DNA of 64,000 bases from a virus (IMGVR_UViG_3300037255_000025:96001-160000); one strand, 5' to 3'; positions 9,641-18,512 are shown, counted from the stretch's first letter. Notes: a model not told the origin generated them from the letters alone. A program made the numbers and translations.

Positions 9641-10606
9641 GTGGATCCCGTGACTGGTATTGAGGCCCTGCCGGCGCCCGGGGATCCTGACGCGGTCTAC
9701 TGTTTTGACCTGAACGGATTTATCTGGCGGCTTGCTTCGAGTCCGTTCATGGCCGGCAAGGCCGCGCTGGGGTTCGCCCGGACGCTGCGTCGGATCCTGC
9801 GGGAGCGACGTCCGGGTTACCTGGCGGTTGCGGTCGACAACGCGCTGCCGACGTTCCGCCACGACCTGTTCCGGCAGCACTCGGCCATGTTGGGCGCCGA
9901 GGACTACAAGGCCGACCGGGTCAAGCGGATCAAGCCCCACGAGCGCGCGGCCGTGTTGGAGCAGATTCGCACGGCCCAGGAGCTGCTCGAAGACGCGTAC
10001 GGCGTCCGGTGCCTCGCGGCCCGGGGGTACGAGGGGGACGACGTCTTGGCGACGCTGGCCCAGCGCGGGCTCGACGCTGGGCTGAAGGTCGTGGTGGTCG
10101 CGTATGACAAGGACATGTTCCAGCTCGTGCAGCAGGACCGCTGTTGGGTCTGGGATGGCGAGGGTCGGGTGTTCGACGCCGCGGCGGTCGAGGCCAAGCT
10201 CGGGTGCGCGCCGGACCGCGTGGTCGACTTCATGTCGATCGTGGGCGACTCGACCGATGGCGTGCGGGGCGTCGTCGGGGCCGGACCGGTCGCGGCGTTG
10301 AAGGTCTTGGCGGCGTTCCCAACGCTCGATGCCGCGCTAGAGTCGGCGGAGCGTGGCGACCAGGACCACCCGCTGTGGCAGCAGGATCCGCGGCTCTGGG
10401 CCAAGGTGGTGTCGCAGCAGCGTCAAGCGCAGCTTTGCCGCCAGCTTGTGACGCTCGCGCGTGACGTCCCGCTGGCCGTGACGCTCCAGGAGCTGAGCCT
10501 GTCGGCCTCGATGGCGGTGGAGCTAGCGCTCCAGGACACGACGGCGTCCGAGGCCGACCCTGTTGACGGTCCCGAGGCGTTCGAGTGGTCGGTGGCGGAT
10601 GTTTAG
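9641..10606 (+). CDS. 5'-3' exonuclease / flap endonuclease (Pol I N-terminal-like)
   Basis: FDLNG, YKADR, GYEGDDVLATL, DKDMFQL, GDSTDGVRGVVGAGP (H3TH). Confidence 0.9.
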   Translation: MDPVTGIEALPAPGDPDAVYCFDLNGFIWRLASSPFMAGKAALGFARTLRRILRERRPGYLAVAVDNALPTFRHDLFRQHSAMLGAEDYKADRVKRIKPHERAAVLEQIRTAQELLEDAYGVRCLAARGYEGDDVLATLAQRGLDAGLKVVVVAYDKDMFQLVQQDRCWVWDGEGRVFDAAAVEAKLGCAPDRVVDFMSIVGDSTDGVRGVVGAGPVAALKVLAAFPTLDAALESAERGDQDHPLWQQDPRLWAKVVSQQRQAQLCRQLVTLARDVPLAVTLQELSLSASMAVELALQDTTASEADPVDGPEAFEWSVADV

Positions 10607-10632
10607 TCGCACCGCGGGGTAAGGTGGACGAA

Positions 10633-11436
10633 GTGAGCATCCTATCTGACAGCGCGGTCCTGGTCGCCATGGACCAAAAGCGCATCGTGATCGATCCGTT
10701 CGACCGAGCGCGCCTGGGGTCAAACAGCTACGACGTTGCGCTCGGCCCGCGCCTGCTGGTCTACGAGACCGAGGAGCCGATCCTGCGTCCGGATGGCCGC
10801 GTTTTCTTCCCGGGCGCGCCGACCATCCTGGACGTCCGAAAGCAAAACCCGACGATGACGGTCGACATCCCGGAGTCCGGGATCGTCCTGCACCCCGGGC
10901 AGCTCTACCTGGGCTCGACGATTGAGCGGACCGAGAGCCACGACTTCGTGCCGGTGCTGTGTGGCAAGAGCAGCCTCGGTCGGTTGGGCCTTTCCGTGCA
11001 CGTTACCGCAGGATTCGGGGATGTAGGATTCTGCGGGGCATGGACGTTGGAGCTGATGGTCGTGCGCCCGCTCCGCATCTACGCCGGCATGCCGGTGGCG
11101 CAGATCGCCTGGCACACCGTCGAGGGTTTGGTTCTGCGACCGTACGGGTTCAAGCCGGGGGCGAAGTATGCGAACCAGTCGGCGGACCCGGTGGCGTCGG
11201 AGATGTGGCGGAACTTCGACGGCCTGAAGCCTGACGAGTGGCGACCGACCCCTAGCCGCGACCTTCCGCCGTTTAAGCTCAAGCCCGACGAGCGATCACA
11301 GCGCTGGCGCGACGCCGAGGCCCTGTGTGGTCCAGGCTACTGCCCACCCGACGCGCTCAAGATCATCGAGGAAGAGCAGGCCGCGTACGACGCCAAGCTG
11401 TCCGCAGTAAACCTCGACGGTGTGGGGCGGCCGTGA
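10633..11436 (+). CDS. dcd: dCTP deaminase
   Basis: ILSD, NSYDVALG, GKSSLGRLGL, TAGFGDVGFCGAWTLEL, GMPVAQI, KYANQ. Confidence 0.9.
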   Translation: MSILSDSAVLVAMDQKRIVIDPFDRARLGSNSYDVALGPRLLVYETEEPILRPDGRVFFPGAPTILDVRKQNPTMTVDIPESGIVLHPGQLYLGSTIERTESHDFVPVLCGKSSLGRLGLSVHVTAGFGDVGFCGAWTLELMVVRPLRIYAGMPVAQIAWHTVEGLVLRPYGFKPGAKYANQSADPVASEMWRNFDGLKPDEWRPTPSRDLPPFKLKPDERSQRWRDAEALCGPGYCPPDALKIIEEEQAAYDAKLSAVNLDGVGRP

Positions 11437-11681
11437 GCTACGTGGTCCGGATATCAAGCGGGTATGACCGCTTGGCCTCCTTTTACGTGGCCGACGACGG
11501 GAGGATCACGGCGCAATTCGAGGATGCTAAGGAGTACCCGACGGTGGAGGCGGCCGAGCGAACGACGTTCTGGGTTGCGCGTGTCTGGGTAGGTTATGAC
11601 GTACGTGTCGTAGACCTTGCGGAAGAACTCCTGACGCGAGAAGCCGCGCGTCAGGTTGGCGTCGAGGACCCGCTGTGGTGA
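11433..11681 (+). CDS. small paralog family member 1 (LADELLEREA family)
   Basis: AKEYPTVEAA; VVDLAEELLTREAAR; GTGA overlap. Confidence 0.65.
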   Translation: MSYVVRISSGYDRLASFYVADDGRITAQFEDAKEYPTVEAAERTTFWVARVWVGYDVRVVDLAEELLTREAARQVGVEDPLW

Positions 11682-11983
11682 GCGGCGCCGCGTGGTTGTT
11701 GGTGATGCCGCGACCCCCGGGGGTGAGCCGGCCTGCGCTGATGTGGTATGTTGGGGGCGCAACCTGGACGTACGACGCGCTCCGCGCGACCGCGTTCCCG
11801 ACCGCCGAGGCCGCCAAGGCCCAGGTCGACGCCGCCGCGATGGGGCTCGGCCCCAAGGTCGCGTTGCGCGTCCGGGCGGTGCTGTTCGCGGAGGTGCTGC
11901 GCGAGAACGAGGCGGTGCTGCGGCGTGCGGTGCCTGTCCTGACGGACCCACGGGGCGGTCCTGGGGGACGGGGCCGTGGTTAG
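11678..11983 (+). CDS. small paralog family member 2
   Basis: WLLV; ATAFPTAEAA; VLFAEVLRENEA. Confidence 0.6.
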   Translation: MSGAAWLLVMPRPPGVSRPALMWYVGGATWTYDALRATAFPTAEAAKAQVDAAAMGLGPKVALRVRAVLFAEVLRENEAVLRRAVPVLTDPRGGPGGRGRG

Positions 11984-12235
11984 GCGCCAAGGGCCTTTCG
12001 TCGTTCGGGTCGAGACCTGGGAGGAAGACAAGCCCGTGGCCTTCTGCCGTTGTCACCCGCGTGCTCGCGGCGAGGTCGCCTGACGCGTCACCCGTCGTTG
12101 GCCGCGGCGTTCGCGGTCGTTGGCCAAGCAAACGTTCTGGCCACCCGATACGCCCGAAAGTACGGGTGGACCCGCACCTCGCGCGTTGTCCCGCTCGCTG
12201 ATGCCCTGTTGGAGGTTGAGGCGGGCCTTGTCTGA
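11976..12235 (+). pseudogene. small paralog family member 3, apparently frameshifted
   Basis: C-terminal VVPLADALLEVEA is in a frame lacking a good start; plausible N-terminus (FVVRVETW) is in another frame. Confidence 0.45.
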
Positions 12236-12500
12236 GTTCTTGATCCGGTTACACAGAGACGGAGTCTGGCCGTACTACTGGACCCAGTATTACTTGGGTT
12301 GGGTGACAGAGCCCTCGCGGGCGACCCCCTACTTGGAGGAGGAAGCGCGCGAGGAACTCAAGCGCGTGATCCACTACTTGGAGGAGGACGCGCGCGAGGC
12401 ACTCAAGCGCGTGATCCGTCGGACAAGTCAGCCGAGTCTCGACGTCGTTCCGTTGTCCGACGCGATGTTGGACCGGGCCGCGCGCTATCCCAACCTCTAG
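12228..12500 (+). CDS. small paralog family member 4 (internal 15-aa duplication)
   Basis: WVTEPSRATPY; VVPLSDAMLDRAAR. Confidence 0.65.
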   Translation: MSEFLIRLHRDGVWPYYWTQYYLGWVTEPSRATPYLEEEAREELKRVIHYLEEDAREALKRVIRRTSQPSLDVVPLSDAMLDRAARYPNL

Positions 12501-12742
12501 CCCAACGCCTCCTCTTCGAAGTGGCGCAGGCCGTGGAGGGACCTCGGCGCGCGCAACGCGGCGCTCGGGCGCGAGCGTGCGACCGCCGCCCAGACGGCCT
12601 CCGCGGCTTCCTCAGCCGCCGACAGGATCGGCGGCGGGTACTCGAGCGCGCTCAGGGGGGCCGTGACCCGCGTACGCCTCGCCGGGTACGGGGCCGCGTA
12701 GGGGTTGCAGATTTTGGCAGACTGGGGCACAAAGCTCATCAC
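12497..12742 (-). CDS. hypothetical protein
   Basis: 81-aa ORF preceded by an AAGAGG RBS-like sequence and a GC hairpin. Confidence 0.4.
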   Translation of the reverse strand: MMSFVPQSAKICNPYAAPYPARRTRVTAPLSALEYPPPILSAAEEAAEAVWAAVARSRPSAALRAPRSLHGLRHFEEEALG

Positions 12743-12989
12743 GTTGACCTCTTGCTCAGGTTGACCAGGCCCTCGGCGTTACCCGCGCCGGGGGCTTTCG
12801 TTCGTCTGAGAAGCTAAAACCGGGCCGGAGTCGCGGCCCTGGTAACTTAAGGCTTTTCTAGCAATTCTGCACGGCCGGTAGACGCAAAAACGCATCACAC
12901 GTCCTACAATTGCGCATCGGGGCGATCAACCCCGGGCGTAAGGGCGGCGCGGGTTCCGAAGCGTCGCCCGCGGGGGTAAGGATCCGGGC

Positions 12990-13238
12990 GTGGGCGAACA
13001 GCATGTCGGCGCGTGGATCGTGAAAGTAGTCGGCGGACACGTAGACGTGTCCGCGGCGTGGGTGGTGCGCATCGGCGCGATGACAGGGGCCAGCCGCGTC
13101 ACGACCGAGCCCGGGAAGGCGGTGTTCACCACCCGAGCCACGGCGCTCGACTGGATGAAGGCAAACCACGCGTCCGCGGGGTGCGCGGTTCCGCTGGCTG
13201 ATGAGCTGCTTGAGTGCGAGGCCCGACGGACGCCATGA
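12990..13238 (+). CDS. small paralog family member 5
   Basis: WIVK; AVFTTRATA; VPLADELLECEARR. Confidence 0.7.
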   Translation: MGEQHVGAWIVKVVGGHVDVSAAWVVRIGAMTGASRVTTEPGKAVFTTRATALDWMKANHASAGCAVPLADELLECEARRTP

Positions 13239-13498
13239 AGCAAGCGTGGATCCTGCGGGAGTTGCCTGACGAGCCTGACGTGGCGCTCTCGTCGGTCTGG
13301 CGGAGACCTACGCTCTACGTAAGCGTGTACGGTGACGATTGCGCGGTCTTCGCCCTTTCGGCAGCAAAGGTGTTCCGGTCGGCAGCTTGCGCAGAGCGTC
13401 ACCGTCGTCGTCTTTTGATGCCCGATCGGTGGACCGTGGTTCCGTTCGCGGACGCGATGCTCGATTACGAGGCGGCGCGCCATGAGGCGGCCCGATGA
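13235..13498 (+). CDS. small paralog family member 6
   Basis: WILR; AKVFRSAACA; VVPFADAMLDYEAAR. Confidence 0.7.
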   Translation: MKQAWILRELPDEPDVALSSVWRRPTLYVSVYGDDCAVFALSAAKVFRSAACAERHRRRLLMPDRWTVVPFADAMLDYEAARHEAAR

Positions 13499-13758
13499 GC
13501 CGCGATGCTGGCTGGGTCCTGAAGTCGCGGATGACGGCGGAGTACTTTGTGGCTGGGGTTCGGACGGGAGGTACTTGGTACACCGGGGTTCGGACGGGAG
13601 GTGCTTGGTACACCGTCGCGCCCTACTGTTCGATGGGCCGCGTGTTCTGGACGGAAGCCGACGCCCAGGAGGCCCGCGGTCGCCTCGACGACCCGGAGAC
13701 GTGGATCGTGGTCCCGTTGGCGGATGAACTGCTGGAACAGGAGGCCCGACGCCGATGA
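13495..13758 (+). CDS. small paralog family member 7
   Basis: WVLK; VFWTEADA; WIVVPLADELLEQEARRR. Confidence 0.75.
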   Translation: MSRDAGWVLKSRMTAEYFVAGVRTGGTWYTGVRTGGAWYTVAPYCSMGRVFWTEADAQEARGRLDDPETWIVVPLADELLEQEARRR

Positions 13759-14045
13759 CCTGGGTCTTGGTCTGTAGACGCCCCGGCGCGCAACGCGGCG
13801 CGCAACGCGGCGCGCAACGCGGCGCGCAACGCGGCGATACTTATTACGCCCGGGACCTGCGTTCGCACGGTGAAGACTGGCCATACACGCTCATGCTCGA
13901 CTTCGCCCAGGAGTTCTCGACCGAGCAAGCCGCGCTCGCGCATCGGATAGAGCACCCCAGCGATGATCACGAGCTTGTGGTGGCGGGTCCTTGGATCGTG
14001 GTTCCGCTGGCGGATGAGCTGCTGGAACGGGAGGCGCGGCGCTGA
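13755..14045 (+). CDS. small paralog family member 8
   Basis: WVLV; AQEFSTEQAA; WIVVPLADELLEREARR. Confidence 0.75.
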   Translation: MTWVLVCRRPGAQRGAQRGAQRGAQRGDTYYARDLRSHGEDWPYTLMLDFAQEFSTEQAALAHRIEHPSDDHELVVAGPWIVVPLADELLEREARR

Positions 14046-14323
14046 TGAGCTGGGTCCTGAAGCAGGCGGCGTTCCACGACGGCCGTGTACCTAAGGAGCC
14101 CCCCGCGCCGTACTACCTGGGCAGGACTCGCCCCGTGGCTCAGGACTCCGCGGCGGCGTGGTACACGAGTCCTGGGGACGCGATCGAATTCACGACCGAG
14201 CAGGATGCACGGGACTTCGTTCAGGAGCGGGGGATCCTCGGGGAGTGGCGACCCGTTGATCTCGCGGGTGAACTGCTGGCGCGCGAGGCTGCGGGCCCGA
14301 GCGGCAAGCCGGACCGCGGATGA
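14045..14323 (+). CDS. small paralog family member 9
   Basis: WVLK; AIEFTTEQDA; PVDLAGELLAREAA. Confidence 0.75.
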   Translation: MSWVLKQAAFHDGRVPKEPPAPYYLGRTRPVAQDSAAAWYTSPGDAIEFTTEQDARDFVQERGILGEWRPVDLAGELLAREAAGPSGKPDRG

Positions 14324-14330
14324 GGACCCG

Positions 14331-14555
14331 ATGCCCTGGATCCTGAAGCAGGACAGACCCTGGCCCTGGTACGTGTGGCGCGCGTTCCCAGCGCTCGTCG
14401 CCAACGGGGCGTACCACATGACCGATAGCCCCGGGAGGGCGCTCGCGTTTGACACGTGGGCCGAGGCCGACCGCTTCCGTAGCCCCAGTCTCGACCTCCA
14501 TTGTGTCAACCAGGCGGACGAGACGCTGTCGTGGGCCGCGGCCCAGCACCCGTGA
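14331..14555 (+). CDS. small paralog family member 10
   Basis: MPWILK; ALAFDTWAEA; VNQADETLSWAAA. Confidence 0.65.
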   Translation: MPWILKQDRPWPWYVWRAFPALVANGAYHMTDSPGRALAFDTWAEADRFRSPSLDLHCVNQADETLSWAAAQHP

Positions 14556-14571
14556 AGGCCGCGAAGCCCGT

Positions 14572-14817
14572 GTGGATCGTGAGATTCGGGTCGCGACGAT
14601 CGACGATGTGGGCCTGCCTTGCTGGCTTTACTTGTACATGGACGCCAACGACGACGTTGAGGCGACGAGCTGGCTTGACCTCGCGACCGAGTTCCCTCGT
14701 TCGGGGGAGGCGCGCCGGCTTCTGAAGCGGGGGGGTCTAGGCCCCGTGGGCTGGGAACCCGTGGACCTCGCGGACGAGATGCCTGAACACGCGTTGGAGC
14801 ACGAGTCGCGGCGCTGA
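14572..14817 (+). CDS. small paralog family member 11 (possibly frameshifted from a start at 14552)
   Basis: ATEFPRSGEA; PVDLADEMPEHALEHESRR; WIVR lies in the adjacent frame. Confidence 0.55.
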   Translation: MDREIRVATIDDVGLPCWLYLYMDANDDVEATSWLDLATEFPRSGEARRLLKRGGLGPVGWEPVDLADEMPEHALEHESRR

Positions 14818-14844
14818 GTCGCGGCGCTGAGTCGCGGCGCTGAG
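14803..14844. repeat. 13-bp tandem repeat x3 (GAGTCGCGGCGCT)
   Basis: Read directly from the sequence. Confidence 0.9.
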
Positions 14845-15080
14845 CAGAAACCTGTCTGCGGGGCGTTCGGGCTCAACGGCGTAGGCGCGCTCTAGCGTGC
14901 GTCTCCGTGGAGCCTCCTTGGGAACCCGGGCCAGTATATCGCCGGACGCGCCAGAAGCGTCTCGTGTGGCCGCGACGCCCCCCGGGCGCCCGCTCGGAGC
15001 TTCCTCGGAGCTTCCTCGGAGCCTCCTCCCGCGCCCCACGCTTGCGGCAAGGGCTGCCGCGCCGGTACAATGCCCTCTCC

Positions 15081-15935
15081 ATGCCGAGAAAGTTCCGTCC
15101 CCCGGTCGACCCCGCGCTGCGCCAGAAGCGCCCCGCGCTGCCCCGTACGCGCGCGCTCTACGATGAGTATGTCGAGCAGTTCCGCCGGGATAGCCGCATC
15201 GCCCGGGTCGCCGCCCACTTCGGCGTCACGTGGACGACGGCCCGGATCGTCTACCACGACGGGTGGGTCGGGATCCCCTGGGCCCGGCCGATCAAGAAGG
15301 TCCTGGAGCAGGACGTCTTCGAGGAGGAGAACCGGTCCCGGGAACAAGCCCGCCGCGACCGCGCCCGGGAGCTAGAGGCCCGGGAAGCCGAGCAGGAAGC
15401 GAAGCGCGAGGCCCTGAAAGCCGAGCGACAACGGGCCCAAAACGAAGAGGCCACGCTGGTCACCAGCACCCGCCGAGGCCTCCAGCAGCTTGCCTCAGTC
15501 GTGCTGGCGCTGAGCCCCGCGGCGGCCCAGATGGTCCGGGTCGTGATGCGCGAGGCGTTCGACGAGACCGTCGGGCCGGACGGCAAGCCCCAGTACACGC
15601 CCAAAGCCATCCCGACGATCAAGCCCGACGCCGCGATGAAGTACCTGAACGCCATGGCCCAGATGGCGGCCCGCGTGACCGTCGCGGGCGTGGATCTTTC
15701 GCACTTTGCCGCCGAACGCCGTGGGCCGGAGCCCACGGTGGGCGCGGTTGAGATGACGGAGGAGGAGAACGAGGAGGCGTTGCAGCACGCCCGCTCCATC
15801 CTGTGGAGCCTCGACGAGGAGGCCCGGCTGAAGCGGGAGGACGCGTACCCGCGGCCCGAGGCCCCGGCGGTCGCGCGGGAGGACGCCCCGGACAAGCCCT
15901 CGATCGGGCCCCAAAACCCGGGCGAAGTGCACTAA
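15081..15935 (+). CDS. HTH + coiled-coil protein, possibly terminase small subunit
   Basis: IARVAAHFGVTWTTARIVY HTH; charged coiled coil; TTGCGG-N18-TACAAT upstream. Confidence 0.5.
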   Translation: MPRKFRPPVDPALRQKRPALPRTRALYDEYVEQFRRDSRIARVAAHFGVTWTTARIVYHDGWVGIPWARPIKKVLEQDVFEEENRSREQARRDRARELEAREAEQEAKREALKAERQRAQNEEATLVTSTRRGLQQLASVVLALSPAAAQMVRVVMREAFDETVGPDGKPQYTPKAIPTIKPDAAMKYLNAMAQMAARVTVAGVDLSHFAAERRGPEPTVGAVEMTEEENEEALQHARSILWSLDEEARLKREDAYPRPEAPAVAREDAPDKPSIGPQNPGEVH

Positions 15936-16000
15936 AGGTATATACCTTTGCTTGCGGGTATATACCTTTGCTTGCGGGTATATACCCGAAGGTATATACC
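15934..16000. promoter_or_regulatory. four GGTATATACC palindromes (operator/iteron-like)
   Basis: Copies at 15937, 15957, 15977 and 15991; first three have a 20-bp period. Confidence 0.7.
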
Positions 16001-16008
16001 CCGGATTC

Positions 16009-16425
16009 ATGGCAGCTAAACAGAAGCGACTGTTGGTTTGGTCGGCGAGGGCAGAGGCGGCCCTTCGTCGCGCGGAAACGGAGCGGAGGGCCTCCTTGGG
16101 TCGGGAGCTTCTCCCGCGCGAGAAGTCTGCAAGCTCCGTTGTGCTCTGGGCCCTTGAGTCGGTCGGGTCTCCGCGACCTACTATCCGTGAGCGTGTCCGC
16201 GAGAAGGTTGTGCAGGCTCATGTGTATCTTGAGGGCGACCCCGTGGGCGAGCAACACGACGCTGCCGTCGCCATGGCTAGGCTGCGCGAGATCGAGGCGC
16301 ACCCTGAGCGCCTCGTGAGGGGCGAAGAACTGGGGAAGCTCCTTGATGGGCTGGCGGAGTTCCCCGAGCCCTTGGTCGAGTACGACGACCCTCGGGTTGC
16401 CGCGAAGAAGGCCCGGCGCGGGTAA
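16009..16425 (+). CDS. putative DNA-binding protein (ribbon-helix-helix-like N-terminus)
   Basis: Basic beta-like N-terminus KQKRLLVWS followed by helices; directly follows the palindromes. Confidence 0.45.
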   Translation: MAAKQKRLLVWSARAEAALRRAETERRASLGRELLPREKSASSVVLWALESVGSPRPTIRERVREKVVQAHVYLEGDPVGEQHDAAVAMARLREIEAHPERLVRGEELGKLLDGLAEFPEPLVEYDDPRVAAKKARRG

Positions 16426-16435
16426 GGACCGGGGC

Positions 16436-16768
16436 GTGCCCTGGATCATCAAGCTCACGGAGCTGGCCACGACGCACTGGCCCTCCCCGGGACGGACGGC
16501 GTACCTGCGGGCGTGGCCCCAAGGCCCTGTTGGGTGGCGCGCCGTCCAGATGACGCACATCGTCGCGACCGACGGCGCGGCCGTTTGGGTGCCAGAGCTG
16601 AGCCTGGCGAAGGTGTTCGCCACCGAGGAGATCGCGCGCGCCGCGGCGGACCGATGCCGGTCCAAGATCGGGGAGGCGCGGTTTGTGCGGCTTGAGTTCG
16701 CGGACTGGGCGGGGGAACTGTTGGAGCGAGAAGCCGCCCACGCTGGGGGTAAGGGACCGCGAACGTGA
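16436..16768 (+). CDS. small paralog family member 12
   Basis: MPWIIK; AKVFATEEIA; ADWAGELLEREAA. Confidence 0.7.
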   Translation: MPWIIKLTELATTHWPSPGRTAYLRAWPQGPVGWRAVQMTHIVATDGAAVWVPELSLAKVFATEEIARAAADRCRSKIGEARFVRLEFADWAGELLEREAAHAGGKGPRT

Positions 16769-17988
16769 AGATCCTCCGAGCGTACAAGACCGAGCTGGAC
16801 CCCACGGTCTCCCAGACCGAGCAGCTCCTACAGCACGCCGGTTGCGCTCGCTGGGCTTACAACTGGGGTCTCCGAAGGAAGATCGAGTCCTACGAAGCTA
16901 CGGGCAAGAGTCCGTCCTGGGTGGATCTCAACCGCGAGCTGAACGTGATCAAGAAGCTCCCCAAGGAAGCCGGCGGGGTCCCGTGGATGTACGAGTCCTC
17001 GAAGTGTGCCCCGCAGGAAGCGCTCCGAAACCTTGATCGAGCCTTTGAGGGCTTCTTTCGTCGGTGTAAGAGCGGCTCGAAGCGGAAAGGCTTCCCTCGG
17101 TTCAAGTCTCGTAAGCGGGGCATCGGTAGCTTCAAGTTCAGCGGAACGATTCATGTAGAAGAGCGACGGGTTCAGCTTCCCCGTCTCGGGAAGATCAAGC
17201 TCAAGCAACGCGGGTACCTCCCGACCTCGGGGGTGAAGATCCTCTCAGCTTCGGTCTCGGAGCGAGCGGGGCGGTGGTTCGTTTCGATCCAGGTTGAACA
17301 GGGGCTACCGGATCCCGCACCCAAGCCCACGTCGGTTCTCGGGATCGACGTTGGGATCAAGAATCTCGGGGTCACCAGCGAAGGCGAGGTCTTCTCCAAC
17401 CCGAAGGCGCTCCTGGCAGCGCAGAAGCTTCTCCGAGCGCGTCAGAAGTCTCTCGCGAGAAAGACCAAAGGATCGAACAACAGGAGGAAAACGGCCGCTA
17501 GGGTCGCCCGTCTACACGCTAGGATCTCCAATATCCGGAGGGATTCGATCCACAAGATGACGACTGCGATCACCAAGCAGGCGTCGGTTCTCGTGATCGA
17601 GGATCTCAACGTCCTTGGGATGCTGAGAAACCACTGTCTCGCCCGGTCTCTGTCGGATGCCTCCCTCGGGGAGATCCGCCGGCAGCTCACCTACAAGAGC
17701 AAGTGGCGCGGGGTCGAGCTTCGGGTAGCGGACCGCTTCTATCCAAGCAGCAAGAGGTGCTCGGGGTGTGGAGCGGTCAAGGTCTCGCTCTCGTTGGCCG
17801 AGAGGGTCTACCGATGCGAGCTTTGTGGTCTCGTGATCGATCGAGACCTGAACGCTGCCCTCAACTTGAAAGATTTGGCCGGGAGTTCCCCGGTGCAAGC
17901 CTGTCGCCCTGGAGGCTCTGGTGCTGCTCTTACGAGCGGTACGAAACCTCTGGTTGGGCAGGAACCGAACCGGGAGGCTTCCTCGTGA
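16765..17988 (+). CDS. tnpB: TnpB RNA-guided nuclease (IS607/IS605 type)
   Basis: AYKTELDPT..HAGCARWAYNWGL; GIDVG, IEDL, DRDLNAA RuvC triad intact; CSGC/CELC zinc finger. Confidence 0.93.
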   Translation: MKILRAYKTELDPTVSQTEQLLQHAGCARWAYNWGLRRKIESYEATGKSPSWVDLNRELNVIKKLPKEAGGVPWMYESSKCAPQEALRNLDRAFEGFFRRCKSGSKRKGFPRFKSRKRGIGSFKFSGTIHVEERRVQLPRLGKIKLKQRGYLPTSGVKILSASVSERAGRWFVSIQVEQGLPDPAPKPTSVLGIDVGIKNLGVTSEGEVFSNPKALLAAQKLLRARQKSLARKTKGSNNRRKTAARVARLHARISNIRRDSIHKMTTAITKQASVLVIEDLNVLGMLRNHCLARSLSDASLGEIRRQLTYKSKWRGVELRVADRFYPSSKRCSGCGAVKVSLSLAERVYRCELCGLVIDRDLNAALNLKDLAGSSPVQACRPGGSGAALTSGTKPLVGQEPNREASS

Positions 17989-18029
17989 AGCAAACCGGCC
18001 CGGAGAACGTATTCGGTCCGTTCTTTCAA
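17880..18029 (+). ncRNA. TnpB reRNA (scaffold ending GGAGAACG at 18009, guide ~18010-18029)
   Basis: Overlaps the tnpB 3' end; identity with two other copies stops at GGAGAACG(T). Confidence 0.65.
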
Positions 18030-18512
18030 GTCGTCGACTGCGCGGCCGATGCCCCGCCGGCCGCGGCGGTCTCGCCCATCGACTTCCTCAACGCCCAGCT
18101 CACCCAAGTGACGCAGGAGCTCGACGAGGCGCTGGAGAAGCTCGAACGGATGCCGTGCGGTCACGCGCGGTTCGAGCAGCACCGAGAGATGCACGCGAGC
18201 GCTACGCCGTACTGCACGGTCTGCCGGATCAACCACGACTACCGGGTACTCGAAGAAGAGGAAGCGCGTCTCGACCTAGCGCTCGAGAAGACCCAACAGG
18301 AACTCGATCGTGTCCGCACCGCGCTGCAAGAGGCCTCCGTGGTTGCGACGAAGGCCACCGATAGGCTTCTGGATTCCCTGCCCGGTCGGGTCCTTCGCCC
18401 GTTGCGCGAGGCGGTCGATGCGCTGCGCAAGTCCGGCGACATCGAGGGCGTGATGAACGCTCAGCGCGACATCATCGATGCAGCGCTTGTGCTGTTCCCA
18501 GAAGCAACCTAG
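17985..18512 (+). CDS. hypothetical coiled-coil protein with CxH/CxxC motif
   Basis: MPCGH...YCTVC flanked by heptad repeats; start uncertain. Confidence 0.5.
   Translation: MKQTGPENVFGPFFQVVDCAADAPPAAAVSPIDFLNAQLTQVTQELDEALEKLERMPCGHARFEQHREMHASATPYCTVCRINHDYRVLEEEEARLDLALEKTQQELDRVRTALQEASVVATKATDRLLDSLPGRVLRPLREAVDALRKSGDIEGVMNAQRDIIDAALVLFPEAT

Noticed and set aside
12329-16000. CRISPR array or diversity-generating retroelement
   Set aside because: Repeats are tandem without unique spacers; no reverse transcriptase or adenine-specific TR/VR pair was seen.
16765-17988. Nuclease-dead TldR or Cas12f with a CRISPR array
   Set aside because: The RuvC D/E/D residues are intact and no repeat-spacer array is adjacent.
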